This document shows positions 1-10,651 of a stretch of DNA of 64,000 nucleotides, piece by piece. The stretch spans positions 65,313 through 129,312 of the forward strand of contig RBZT01000721.1 of NCBI GenBank assembly GCA_003693705.1, given 5' to 3'. The notes beneath the pieces were generated by a model. The model was not told the origin of the DNA and ran no database searches. It saw only the letters and a program-made list of their open reading frames with translations. Origin of the DNA: Polymyxa betae A26-41. Taxonomy: Eukaryota; Protista; Endomyxa: Phytomyxea. How positions within the stretch are numbered: the stretch's first letter is position 1; each line of letters opens with the position of its first letter. A program made the position numbers and the translations under genes.

Positions 1-985
1 ATATCTTTCAGATCGGATTTACAAGAGGCCACTTCAGCCTTGAGATCGGCAATGAGCTTTTCTTGAGCCTGTATTTTATCTTGCTGGGCTTTCTCATTGG
101 CTTTCATCGTGTCCCTTAGCGAGCTGCTCGTCTGTTCCAAATCGGCCTTTAACGACGTAATCAGGGCTTTCAAATCGGCAATCTCGCTGGCCTATTCAAA
201 CAGAAAATTAACATTTAACAAAGACGAAAAACATGCACGACTCACAGATGAGGAAGTTGCAGCAGGAACCTTCGCTGCTGTAGATTTTGTACTGAGCATT
301 TTGACTTCGGCTACAGGTTGCTGCTCTTGAACGGCTTCGTCTTCGCTATGATAGCCATCAGGTCGATCCCAAGTCGTCTCATGCGTGTCATTGTTCCTGC
401 ATCAGATCAGTTTACAAGTTGAGCTCGTTCAAGAGATTGCTTACGTATAGTAAGGATATCCATCGGCGCCCACGACCTTCGTCCAAACATTAGCGCTAGC
501 CTAAACTTCAAATTAGGTTATAATCAACATATGATCGAAATTGTCGAACCGAAGTTTTCCCCTTTTGCTGCTGGAGATTCTCCATTGATTTCTTGGCCAT
601 CTCTTCAACTAGATTGGATTTCGCTGGTGCGCCAATCCCGAATTTCGGAGCGGCCGCTGACATTTTCGCAGACGCTAACGTCTTAGTCTCTGTATGACAG
701 TGTAAGACGAAGCAGATTTGCTGCAGCTGAATTCACGCGACGTACTTGTTTGCTGGATCTGGGCATACACCTCTTCGACTTGACTGAATGGCGTCCTAGT
801 CGCTAGTAAATTCCAATGCTATTTGCTTCTAATCAGGTGATTTACCAATCTGCTAAGGAGTCGCTCCAGATTAGGCAGTCTTCTTTCAGATGGCCTGCAT
901 TGTATTCGGTGATCAAGTCTTTATCAGGTACAGGGCCTTGCTGGTGGCCCGACGTGTCGCAATAGTACCAGAGCTTCGTCGCCAT
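1..985 (-). CDS. GYF_2 (DUF4339) + WW domain + coiled-coil protein, 3' part runs off the window
   Basis: Exon 1 MATKLWYYCDTSGHQQGPVPDKDL...CLIWSDSLADW fits the GYF_2 pattern. Spliced exons at ~500-350 read VWTKVVGADGYPYY/TNNDTHETTWDRP (WW domain). A heptad-like stretch follows toward position 1. Confidence 0.75.
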
Positions 986-1269
986 GGTGGATTTGGTTAT
1001 CTGACAACCAGCCTGGATATCTGCCTGTCGACCTTGTTGTACGTTCGAGATCACAGATTGATCATATCTTCGTCTGGTGCTTGCTGGACTGTTCCTTTTA
1101 ACGGCTGGTCTGCAAGCATTTTCTGAAAGTCAGTCACACACGTCTTGTCACTTCAAGATACTTCTTCGTCTTGTTTTTCATTTCATTCTCTAATCGATAA
1201 TTTATAATTAAGAATTCAAATTTAAATACGAGTCCAACATATCAGATAATCCTTTCAAGTTTGGATCAC

Positions 1270-1657
1270 TGTCATAACATCGGGATTTGGTACCGAGTTT
1301 TCATCGTGAAAGTGGGTTCAGAGTGCAGAAGGGATCGAGTGCGTTCTAGCCAGTCTCTCCCAAGCTAACGACGACAAATGTTGAATGTCTTAATCATAAT
1401 AAAGTGACTGGGCTCAAGCCGACCAATGGTGTAGTGAACGAGACATGCTGTCGCTGTAATCTCGATACTACAGAGGCCACCTACAAAAGTTCACGCCTTC
1501 CATACTGGCAAGGCTACGTGGCCCAGTCGTCTTGCCACTTGCTGAAGGCCACATGGTCCCAGTGAAACAGCGGGGGGTTGGGACAGGGACGTCAGTCATG
1601 TCATGACCGACGATGGGTAACGTTTCTGCAGTCGGAGGGCGCCTCCAAGCCATGACA
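1270..1657. mobile_element. Candidate solo LTR (388 bp)
   Basis: TGTCAT...ATGACA inverted ends, internal AATAAA (~1398), 4-bp flanks tcac/ttac (one mismatch), non-coding and intergenic. Confidence 0.5.
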
Positions 1658-1730
1658 TTACTCCAGCTTCCCCTTGTTGCCTTTTATTCTGATTTCTACT
1701 GTCGCCTTCTCTCCCATCGCTTGTTCAACG

Positions 1731-4127
1731 ATGATGCAAGCGCAGCGCACCCAAACCAGTGAGATCAACGCCACCCATTCCCTGAACCTCATGAAGAACC
1801 TCCTTCGATCCGGCCTGGTAAGGCAGTCGCATGCAAATGCTGATCTGTCTAACTGCATAGTTAGTCTTGTATTGCCTTCATGAGGGGAATGTTTCCTGCG
1901 GAATGTTTCAAAAAGCAGAAGATCTCAGGTATAACAGTCCATACGTTGCAGCCGAACGAGTCAGAACCGAGAAAGTTGATGGACTGGATCGATCAAGGTT
2001 GCTTGCCTTCTTTAGAGAAAAGGTAGCTATCTGGGATGTTACCATAATGCTCGTAACAGTCTCGCTAAGATACTTGGAGGAGCTGGTTTTCGCTATCTAC
2101 GCCAAACTAGATATCGCAGGAGAAGATCAGTTTTATCTGATCGAAACCTACAACTGTTAGGAATGTTTTAAGCAATGAGCGCTCTCTAATTTGCAGTGCA
2201 GTCCAAATTCGTTATCACGAAAACGATGTGGTGATGACCCGAAAAGCACAAGGCGTGGAGGTGAATCCTACCAGCAATGCCAAATTCCGACTAACCTGCT
2301 TCGACAGATTTCTAGGAGCGTCCCAACGAAGCAAGAAATCTCTCAAGCGACGGTTTCAAGTAAGACTATCAGCTTGATGATGACCGCATCTCACAAATGG
2401 TAGTGATTAGGTCTTTGATTACAATGGGAGGAACGATGCCTCCTTTACCTGGAGATCGGTAAACAATTAGTTTTCACACACAATTGTATCTGAATTTGTT
2501 TAGGGCATTTTCAATCAAGTTATTATATCGGGATGATGTCACTCCAGAGGTCTTTAGTCACTGCTGATCAGAGATATTATGATAACCCAACAATTAGAAT
2601 TATCAACCGATGCATTTCCATCCAGTGTCGTCAGAGCATCAGCTTCGCTTCTTTAGCAAACCAGAAGCGGTAGCAATCGGGAACATTGCGACCCCCTATC
2701 ATGAACTGAATCTCCACGTTTTGGTCCCAGAAGAAAATCAGGTTTCTATGGTACACCTTCAAGTCAATTTGCTCTGATCAATGATACAGAGAGAGCTTGC
2801 AGCGAAATATTCTACAGGCGGAGGTGATAATATCGAAACGTATCCTGCATACACCGCAACCATTAATGACTCGATTTCACCGACTCTTTCCGAGCATATC
2901 GCTCCTAGTTTGAGGTATATTAATTAGGATGTTTCGTCTCAGAAGAATGAAAATCTTCAAGGGAAAACGAAGATGACACGTCCTTAGCAATTAACGCAGG
3001 CAATACACATCACCTTGCGACAACGGCTACGACAAATGAAGCAGAACGAGGTCGAGAATGCTCACAGAGCAAAGCTAGTCAGCCTCAGAGTCATATCGGG
3101 CACAAGAAATCTAACAGTAACCCCCCTCGTGAGATATACTTCTGTTAGTGATGCCATATTTCTAAAGCTGTAAAACAGAAAACAAACATACCAAACCACA
3201 AAAGACTGCAAATGTAACGCGCAGTATTGCAACCAATTCGAATTTTCAATTTCACTGTAGCGCGACGAACAAAAGGAAACTGCAACCGTCGAAAAAGAAA
3301 CAGGCGAATTGAGAACGAGCGCAGTCCAACGGCGTCGGAAGTTATCGCTTGCGGAGACCAGCGAGCTATTAAAAGCAGTACGAAACGGCGTATACAGAAA
3401 AGTCCCAGGCGATATCTATGAAATATCGCCAATTGCATCTGGTACAACACCGCTTATCTCGAAAATCACAAAATAATGTGTTTATTTAGAGAAGTTGGAA
3501 CAACTAATCGAAATGTATTCCTGCCAGGAATTCGATGAACTGCAAAGTTGGAACCATGAAATGAACCCAAAAGATGAAATGTTGATTACTCTATAGGTTT
3601 ATATTTGCAACTAGAAGTCATGCTGTTCCTAAGCGGCAGTGCACCCGGAAGACCAATAGCATTGCATTTTCGGGGAACAAAACTCACCAGAACACTCATT
3701 CGTGGTAGGCCTTGAAATCAACAATCGAATATTACTAGTCATTCAGCACAAGATAGATCATCTGAACACACTAGTAGAATCGGGATTGGCGACTCGCGAC
3801 TGTAGGAATCAGGTCATAGTAAACGAAGATGCCCTTCCGTGTAGTCAGACACAGAAGGTTGCTGTTGATGATGATGCAGAAACAATTGACACAGATGGCC
3901 GTCCGATTGAATCCGTTGCAAACCAAACTGCACAGAGCCTCCAGCAATCAGCAATAGACAACTTAACCTTAAGACTGCAGAAGCACATAGAAAGTGGCGT
4001 TGTAGCGTTTACACAAAGCGACATCGGAGCGTCGCAAACATCCCGAACATGCCCTAAAATTTTAACCAAACGTAAAATCTCCACATCTGAAGATATCTAT
4101 CAGACATCGAATAAGCGAGTTCGCTGA
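1731..4127 (+). CDS. HOP1: Meiotic HORMA-domain chromosome axis protein (Hop1/ASY1/HORMAD), multi-exon
   Basis: Spliced exons give SLNLMKNLLRSGL/SCIAFMRGMFPAECF, LRYLEELVFAIY...LIETY, SLITMGGTMPPLPGDR, FSIKLLYRDDVTPE/NYQPMHF and IGNIATPYHELNL, the colinear HORMA motifs. The C-terminus KRKISTSEDIYQ resembles a closure motif. Confidence 0.85.
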
Positions 4128-4323
4128 ACAACTCTCCGTCCAGTCAACAGTCAACTATTGTTGATATGTAATATAAAAACATTAGGCAGCCTGTTTCTCG
4201 CCTTTTAGCATAACCAGGCTTATAGGTGAAACAATTACAGTACAGAGCAGACGAAGACAACCACAGACAGCGCGCAGAGTCGAGCATATAGCAGGTTACT
4301 GATTTTTCCAAGCCAAAGGCTTC

Positions 4324-5867
4324 TTAATAACACTGGATTCGACACGACGTAATTGGTGTACATAGAGCAACATGAGATCATCATATCTGCCATCATACGA
4401 TTGGCCATTTGTCCTCTCAAAATAATCGACAAGAAAGTAGTAGATAGCCTCAATAGTACCCAAGAAAGCAGGCCCATGATGGGTGAACTATACATATAAG
4501 TAAGAATGATGATGATTGGATCGACTACAGCAGCACTACCTTCCAGAATGTAGTGTGCCTAGATTTCAATGCAACGCTGGGCAATCCCTGTAATCGGGGA
4601 TCTCGCATAATCTGACGAGCACCTGCGCACGTACTATCGACCACAATCAAATTCTTGAGCGCCTTCAGCTTCGGCAACGCCTCCTCCGATTCCATATCCA
4701 GAGCCGTATCATTTGGATACAATATCATGGTTGTTTCCGGATCCAAAGCACCTGGCGCCATTTCTCAATTCCTAATTATTAACAGACACACGACATACGG
4801 ATTGTATTCATCTGCGATGGGAACTCGATCAGAGAGCAATGATCAGGAGCCACTATACATGAATGTAGAGCTGTGCATTTCTTTGCCTGTCATGACGCAT
4901 TCAGCACGAATCTACAGATGAGACATCTGACTTCTTACCCATTCTTTCTTCTTGGCGACTGTCATTACATTGATAGGTAGCGTTAGGTGCGGCATTGCCT
5001 TAATGTTGGAGACCGCCCAGCAATGACACTCCGAACAGTACAGATACACCTTCTTCGAACATGAAGGGCACAATTCACGCTGCACAGCAAATCAGCCAAT
5101 GTGGCACACGCGGGGTCGTACTGTACCTCGCACGTTTTCAGCAGGTCCAGATCCAGGCTGAATTTCAGTTGGCTGAATGGGCCCATGTGCCTACCGGGGC
5201 ACAGCAATTAGGGTGAAAGGGGTTTGGAGGAACTCCGGACACTTACTGATTCTCATCGCGATCAAATTCATCGTTCCAGACGTTATATCGGGAGCGGCGC
5301 TGTTCTTCCATCGCCTCCTCCAGTTCTAATCGTCAATCGCATCAACAAGAACCGCACGACGAGATTTCCAGGTGCGGATCAGTACTACCTGGAGTCGGGG
5401 CCAGATTCTGGCGTTCGGCGCCGCCCACCACGTACGGCATCCGGCAGAAAACGCGTCGCACGCCCCGCGACTGATGATTGAGGAATTCATGGTACGACTG
5501 CGCATCACGCAGGATGCCCTCGACCTGATCGTCGGGGACCTGTACGACCAATCGTCATCAGCAGCAGCGATCGAAGCCGTGACGGCCCCTGGATTCATAC
5601 GTCGATGTTGTAGAGGCGTCTGCAGCAGATGCGGACCCATAACGCCATATAGTACGACTCCTGGGCGACGTTCCGGGCATTCCATCGGCGCCATCGCCGT
5701 CGTAACGAAACGATCAGGTTGCAAACGTTACCACGGGTCGGGACGCGGTCCGGCTGCGACTGGCCCAGACAGCCCAGAGCGGGGTCGCATTGGCACGTGT
5801 CGGACACGATCAGGCAATCGAGCTCGGGGTCCGTTAAATGGACCGTGTCCAGACATCGGGTGGTCAT
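4324..5867 (-). CDS. DTWD1: DTW-domain tRNA-uridine aminocarboxypropyltransferase (DTWD1-like) with long N-terminal extension
   Basis: In-frame exon chain MTTRCL...RLYNID/VPDDQVEG...LAPTP/ELEEAMEE...ENQ/HMGPFSQLKF...CE/RELCPSCSKKVYLYCSEC...LPINV/KCTALH...ILYP...VVDSTC...DPRLQGLPSVAL...TTFWK/...LGTIEAIYYF...YDDLMLLY. Confidence 0.8.
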
Positions 5868-5918
5868 GGCGACTGATCGATCAAAGTCGGACTGCGAGTA
5901 GCGCGGACACCGCTGAGA

Positions 5919-5948
5919 ACCCTAGACCCTAAAACCCTAGACCCTAAC
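5919..5948. repeat. Telomere-like / telo-box array (CCCTAGA, CCCTAAAA) in the bidirectional promoter
   Basis: accctagaccctaaaaccctagaccctaac lies between the divergent starts at 5867 and 6105. Confidence 0.75.
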
Positions 5949-6104
5949 TCCGGCCAAACTGCACTTTCCTTCAGCGAATTTCAGATCGCGTCACGTTATC
6001 GATCGCCGTCTGGATCTGGGTTTCGGTAGCTGTTGTCGCAGCGAGCGCCGCGATTTCGGAAAGGTTGAGGAGGGCGGGACGAGGCCGCGACGCAGTCCGT
6101 GGCC

Positions 6105-8249
6105 ATGTTTCAGATCGTGCGCCGGTCAAGGGCCAACATCACCAATCGGCTGTTCGCCACGATGGCATCTTCGGCTGAATCGGGTGCGACTGACACCGGG
6201 GGCCGCTGCGCCTTGCGCATCCACCCGGTGAAACCGTTCTATAACGTCGCCCATCTGCAACGCATGGTACACGTTACCGTAACGTCATCGTCGCCGACCG
6301 TCACCACTGACTTGCCGTCCAGATTCAGGAAGACGCCAAAGTTACCGATTTCATTGCCGTCTTCAAGGTTCGAATTACGCTCTCTCTTTGAGGAAGGCGT
6401 TCTGACCTCCTGTAACAGAAACCGAACCGTGACATCGGGTTCGTTTCCTTCGAATCGGAACAGGCCCGGGCGGATGCCCTGGTCAAGCTGCGTGAGCTAC
6501 GTCGTCCCGGCTCGGATACACCCTACAGTCTGCAGGAGGTCGCCTTCATCACTGAGAGTAACACACAGAAACGTCAACGGGAGGCGACCGTGGAACGTTC
6601 CCGGAAACGTCAACTGCGTAACACGGGCGATCCTGAACATCAGGAGACGATCGTCAAGACCGTGGCGGATGTCGTGACGCCGTGGCATACGGTCCCCTAT
6701 CTGACCCAGCTCCAGCGGAAGATGGCCCAGCTACAGTCGGCCCTGACCTCGGTCATGCTGGCCCTGCGCAAGGACTATCGACACGAAGCGGCCCGGTATC
6801 CGGACCTGGACCTGAAAGGGGTCCCGCGTGAGGACGTTCCTCTTCACCTCCATGATCACGTTACGCTCGACGTCACGGACACGGCTGCGGCCCCGACCGA
6901 GGGCCGCGACCCGTTTCTGGCCTGCCCGATCGTGGGCGTGCACGGCTGGGCCACCGGTCGTCGCGGATACCGCAACAAGAACGACCTGACGGTCGGGTAC
7001 GACCAGGACGGCGCCGTCTGCGTCGGGTTCGTCGTCGGACGCCAACAGGGCCGTCTTGCGGTGGACGCCGCGGCCGACGCCCTGCCGTTGCCGCCCATCG
7101 CCGCACGGATCGCCTCCGACGCCCAAGCGCTGATGCGCGCGTCGTGCTGGACCCCGTTCGCGCAGCAGGGCCACGACGACGACGCGACCGGCGTCTGGCG
7201 TCGTGTCCTGATTCGATCAGCTGGTACAACCGGACAGGTGATGGTGGCGATCGCTGCCGATCTGTCGCGGCTGTCGGCCGACGAGGTCGCCCTGCTCAAG
7301 GCGCAGCTGGCCACGGAGTTTCGCCCCGATCGATACGATGACGAAGAGATCGACGGACAGCGATGGCGTATCGAGACTGTCGTCATACAGGTCACGACTT
7401 GTTTGGGAATTGTTCGCGCTCTGTGTACTGATTGTCGTTACATAGAATTTCGGCGGGTATGGTAACGTAATCCCCAGTGACATCCCGTATGAATGCGTCA
7501 CCGGTAACGGGTTCATCGTCGAGCACCTGGGCCGATTGGCGTTCCAGATTCAGCCCGGATCCTTCTTCCAGGTCCGCGAAACCCCATTTCGGGGTCCAGT
7601 ACGCCCCTCCGGATTCCTGACCGATTGATTGTTCAGGTGAACACGCACGGTGCCCGTCTGCTGTATGATCTGGTCGGGGAATGGGCCGTGGCCGACCGCG
7701 ACTGTGGTAACGTAATCGCGGCCGATGTCTGCTGCGGAACGGGGACGATCGGGATGACGTTACATGACCGCGTCCGGGAAGTGCTCGGCTTCGAGCTGGT
7801 CCCGTCCGCGGTCGATGATGCGCGTCTGAACGCTGAACGAAACGGCCTGGAGCGCTGCCAGTTCTTCGTGGGGAAGGCCGAGGTTTAGGGTTTTAGGGTT
7901 TGGCTAGGGTTTAGGGGTTCTTAGACTGCTCCAGGTTACGTTATCGCCGACCATCACCAAGCACATGTCCGGGATGGCATCCGATACGGAGCTCATCTGT
8001 ATCGTAGATCCGCCCCGGCCCGGCCTGCACAAGTCCGTACTGAAAGCGATTCGGCAGTGCGAGCAGATCCGTCGCGTGGTTTACGTGTCATGTAATCCGA
8101 AATCCATGGCTGTTGATGTTACGGCCTTGATGAGGCCGCAGGGCGATAAACGCCCCGGACGTCCCTTCCGTCCTGTAAAGGCCACGCTGGTCGATATGTT
8201 TCCACATACAGATCATTGTGAGTCGATCGTGCTCCTAACGCGCGACTGA
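6105..8249 (+). CDS. TRM2: tRNA (uracil-54-C5)-methyltransferase, TRMT2A/Trm2 type with N-terminal RRM-like region
   Basis: VADVVTPWHTVPY..QL..K, GYRNK, AFQIQPGSFFQ/VNT, DVCCGTGTIG, IVDPPRPGLH, VYVSCNP, VDMFPHTDHCE; several short introns. Confidence 0.92.
7883..7917 (+). repeat. Telomere-like array forming the 5' part of a TRM2 intron (7883-7934)
   Basis: GAG|gtttagggttttagggtttggctagggtttagggg...ccag|GTT joins GKAE to VTLSP in frame. Confidence 0.85.
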
Positions 8250-8421
8250 ACTGTTAATGTTACGGTGATAACGTCATCCTCACATAAACGTAACGTGATA
8301 TGCGAAAGGAAAGCGCCGAACCTTCGCCAAAAAAAATTGTATCAGAATTAAACCGATTCAATTACGCTGATCTTACATTACAGTCTATGATTCTTTATGT
8401 TACCGATTATGTTACGTTACG

Positions 8422-9503
8422 TTACTGTAGGTGGATGCGCAGGATCGGGTCCTGGATCGTCTGGTTGAGATCGGCAATGGCGGCGCCCACCACTTTCGTT
8501 TCTAACGTAACAGACACGTTACAATCCAGGCCGTCCCGTTCGTGAGATAGAACTTACTGCAATGTCGCCACAGCAGTCCCAGGACGCGTGCGGCCCAGGT
8601 CGACCTCCTCACTCGGACCAGGTCGTACAGGACCGCGACCAGGTCCGGGTCGGCGGCCATGCGCGACTCGAACCTCGTCTCGATCGCCAGTCTAACAAAC
8701 TCCCGGAACTGGCCCTGTTCGGCGTCCGCCATCAATCCGTGCACGACGCCGTCGTACTGGGCGTCGTTCAGGGCCTCGATCACCGTCACCGTCCACTGCG
8801 CTGGCGGCGCTGGCGCCTTCTTCGGTGGTAACATGGCCAGTCGGTCACGGACCAGACGCCCCATCTCCGGACGTAACGTTGGACACCGCGCCAGGCACCG
8901 GACTGTCTCGTGGACAGTGGCGCTCGGCTCGATACTCACCGCTCGGCATAGTACCGTCAGCGGCGCCTGCGGCACGTGGTCGTGCTGGTCCGCGACGGCA
9001 TCGACAGCGGCTGTGATCAGTTCTGGGGTTAGCAGGCGACGGAGAAGATCGGGTCGGATATCGAGCAGGAAGTGGAGACGATGGCGGCGGCGGGTCTCGT
9101 TAGCGATGAATGCGCCCAGACGATCGATGTTGTCGTCGTTCAATGAACAGCAGAGGCGTTGTAGGGCGTCGTCGGCGTCTTTGGGCGATGGCGGTAGAAT
9201 CGCGTTACCGATCAGAGAGCGAAGAGCGTCGTCCGGGTCGTGCTGGATTTCGGGCGTGGCGATGATGGTGGCGTCGGCGGACACCAGTTCGGCGGCTTTA
9301 TCGGCGTCTTGGATATCGATACGGTATCCGTCCTGGGTATGTAACGAAATCCGACGAATCGATGCCAGGTCCGCATACAGGAGCTGCAGACGCGACAGGA
9401 TACTGGCCCGCAGCTGCCCGACGTCGGCATCATCCGGGACCGCCAGCAAAAAACGACGCGGCTGCTGCTTTCCGCCGCCCCCAACATGGATCTGGAAACG
9501 CAT
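8422..9503 (-). CDS. Hypothetical protein, N-terminal ubiquitin-like (coilin/Net1-N-like) fold followed by a helical region
   Basis: Long GC-rich ORF MRFQIHV...RRFLLAVPDDADVGQLRASILSRL; a short last exon KVVGAAIADLNQTIQDPILRIHLQ* after an intron near 8502-8555. Confidence 0.6.
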
Positions 9504-10651
9504 TCTATCACTCACATCTCGCGTATGATCAGGGCCGGTACAGTTTCTGTAACTCAAATTTGAAACGTAAACTTAGTGTAAATTGAAGAGTCAAGATTGG
9601 TATCAGGAACAGGTGTATTAGGAATATGATTGATAAGACGATGATGTAGGCCAGCATTCTTATCGCCCTTCTAGATAGAGTTATGAAGGCCGATAATGGG
9701 TTGTTGGCCCAGATCGATCTACGCCTTCATACAACTGAATATGATAAGGAAGCGATCACCATACCAGCCAAGAATATAGGTAGGCGATTATGTAACAAAA
9801 CAGAGGAGGATATCTCATTACATGATGTACCTGCCAAAGACTGAGGGCTCGGTTCAGGAAATCGCCGAGCCCCGTGATGGTCCTCGGGGCAGAGTCAATA
9901 TAGCCCCCGTGGTTGACTTAGTCGGTATCCTCGCTCGTTGAGCTCAACCCGTCGACCGTATTTGGGGGCATGTCACAGTATCCGATCCGGTAACGTAAAC
10001 AGATGGATGCATCCGTTACCGGAGCGAATGCAGGAATGAGGCTGACGAGGGCGGCGGCGCCGCCTTTGTGGTTGATGGAGCTGCGGACGGCGCAGTCCGT
10101 GCAATATATGACACAATGCCCTAACATATGCTGAGATCAAGGTCTTCATGTAAATTTTGAAAGAAAAGGGCAGCTTTTCTGATAGACGACCGAGTTTTGC
10201 AATTTTATTGATAAAAATCATGAATTTTTATGCTGGGAATTTGGAAAAGTCAGTTTCATAACAAGTATTTGTCGCCGGCCAATCCGAATCGCTAATGGAT
10301 TGAACTCGCGCTTGCCCGACCAACCGGAGCTCAAGCCGATCATGAAGCTGGGCGGCGCGGCCTCCCCGGCTGGCTCGATAACGTTACGTTTTCTGGAGGC
10401 TGAGCCAGACCGAATGAGCCATCACTTCATAGAGCTTGACGTGGCCACCGATCCGACCGACTAATCACCCTGTGTTGAGTGTGGCGGCGCAGCCTGGCCC
10501 CATTCCATCCATCCTTCTTTTACATTTTTTGACTGGGTGATAACGTTACCCCTTGTATAGCTGTGGCTGTTCGCTGAGACACACTCCACACGAGTCCATC
10601 TAGAAAGGCTCCTTTCATTTCCAAGTCCTTGTCGTCGTCGTCGTCTTGGCC

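Noticed and set aside
8659-9528. 289-aa plus-strand ORF and similar long antisense ORFs (5372-5932, 6731-7395, 54683-55225)
   Set aside because: Antisense or frame shadows of GC-rich real genes; Arg/Ser-rich with no motifs.
9600-10450. Possible minus-strand membrane-protein gene
   Set aside because: Hydrophobic segments are present, but there are in-frame stops and no consistent exon chain. At best a decayed gene.
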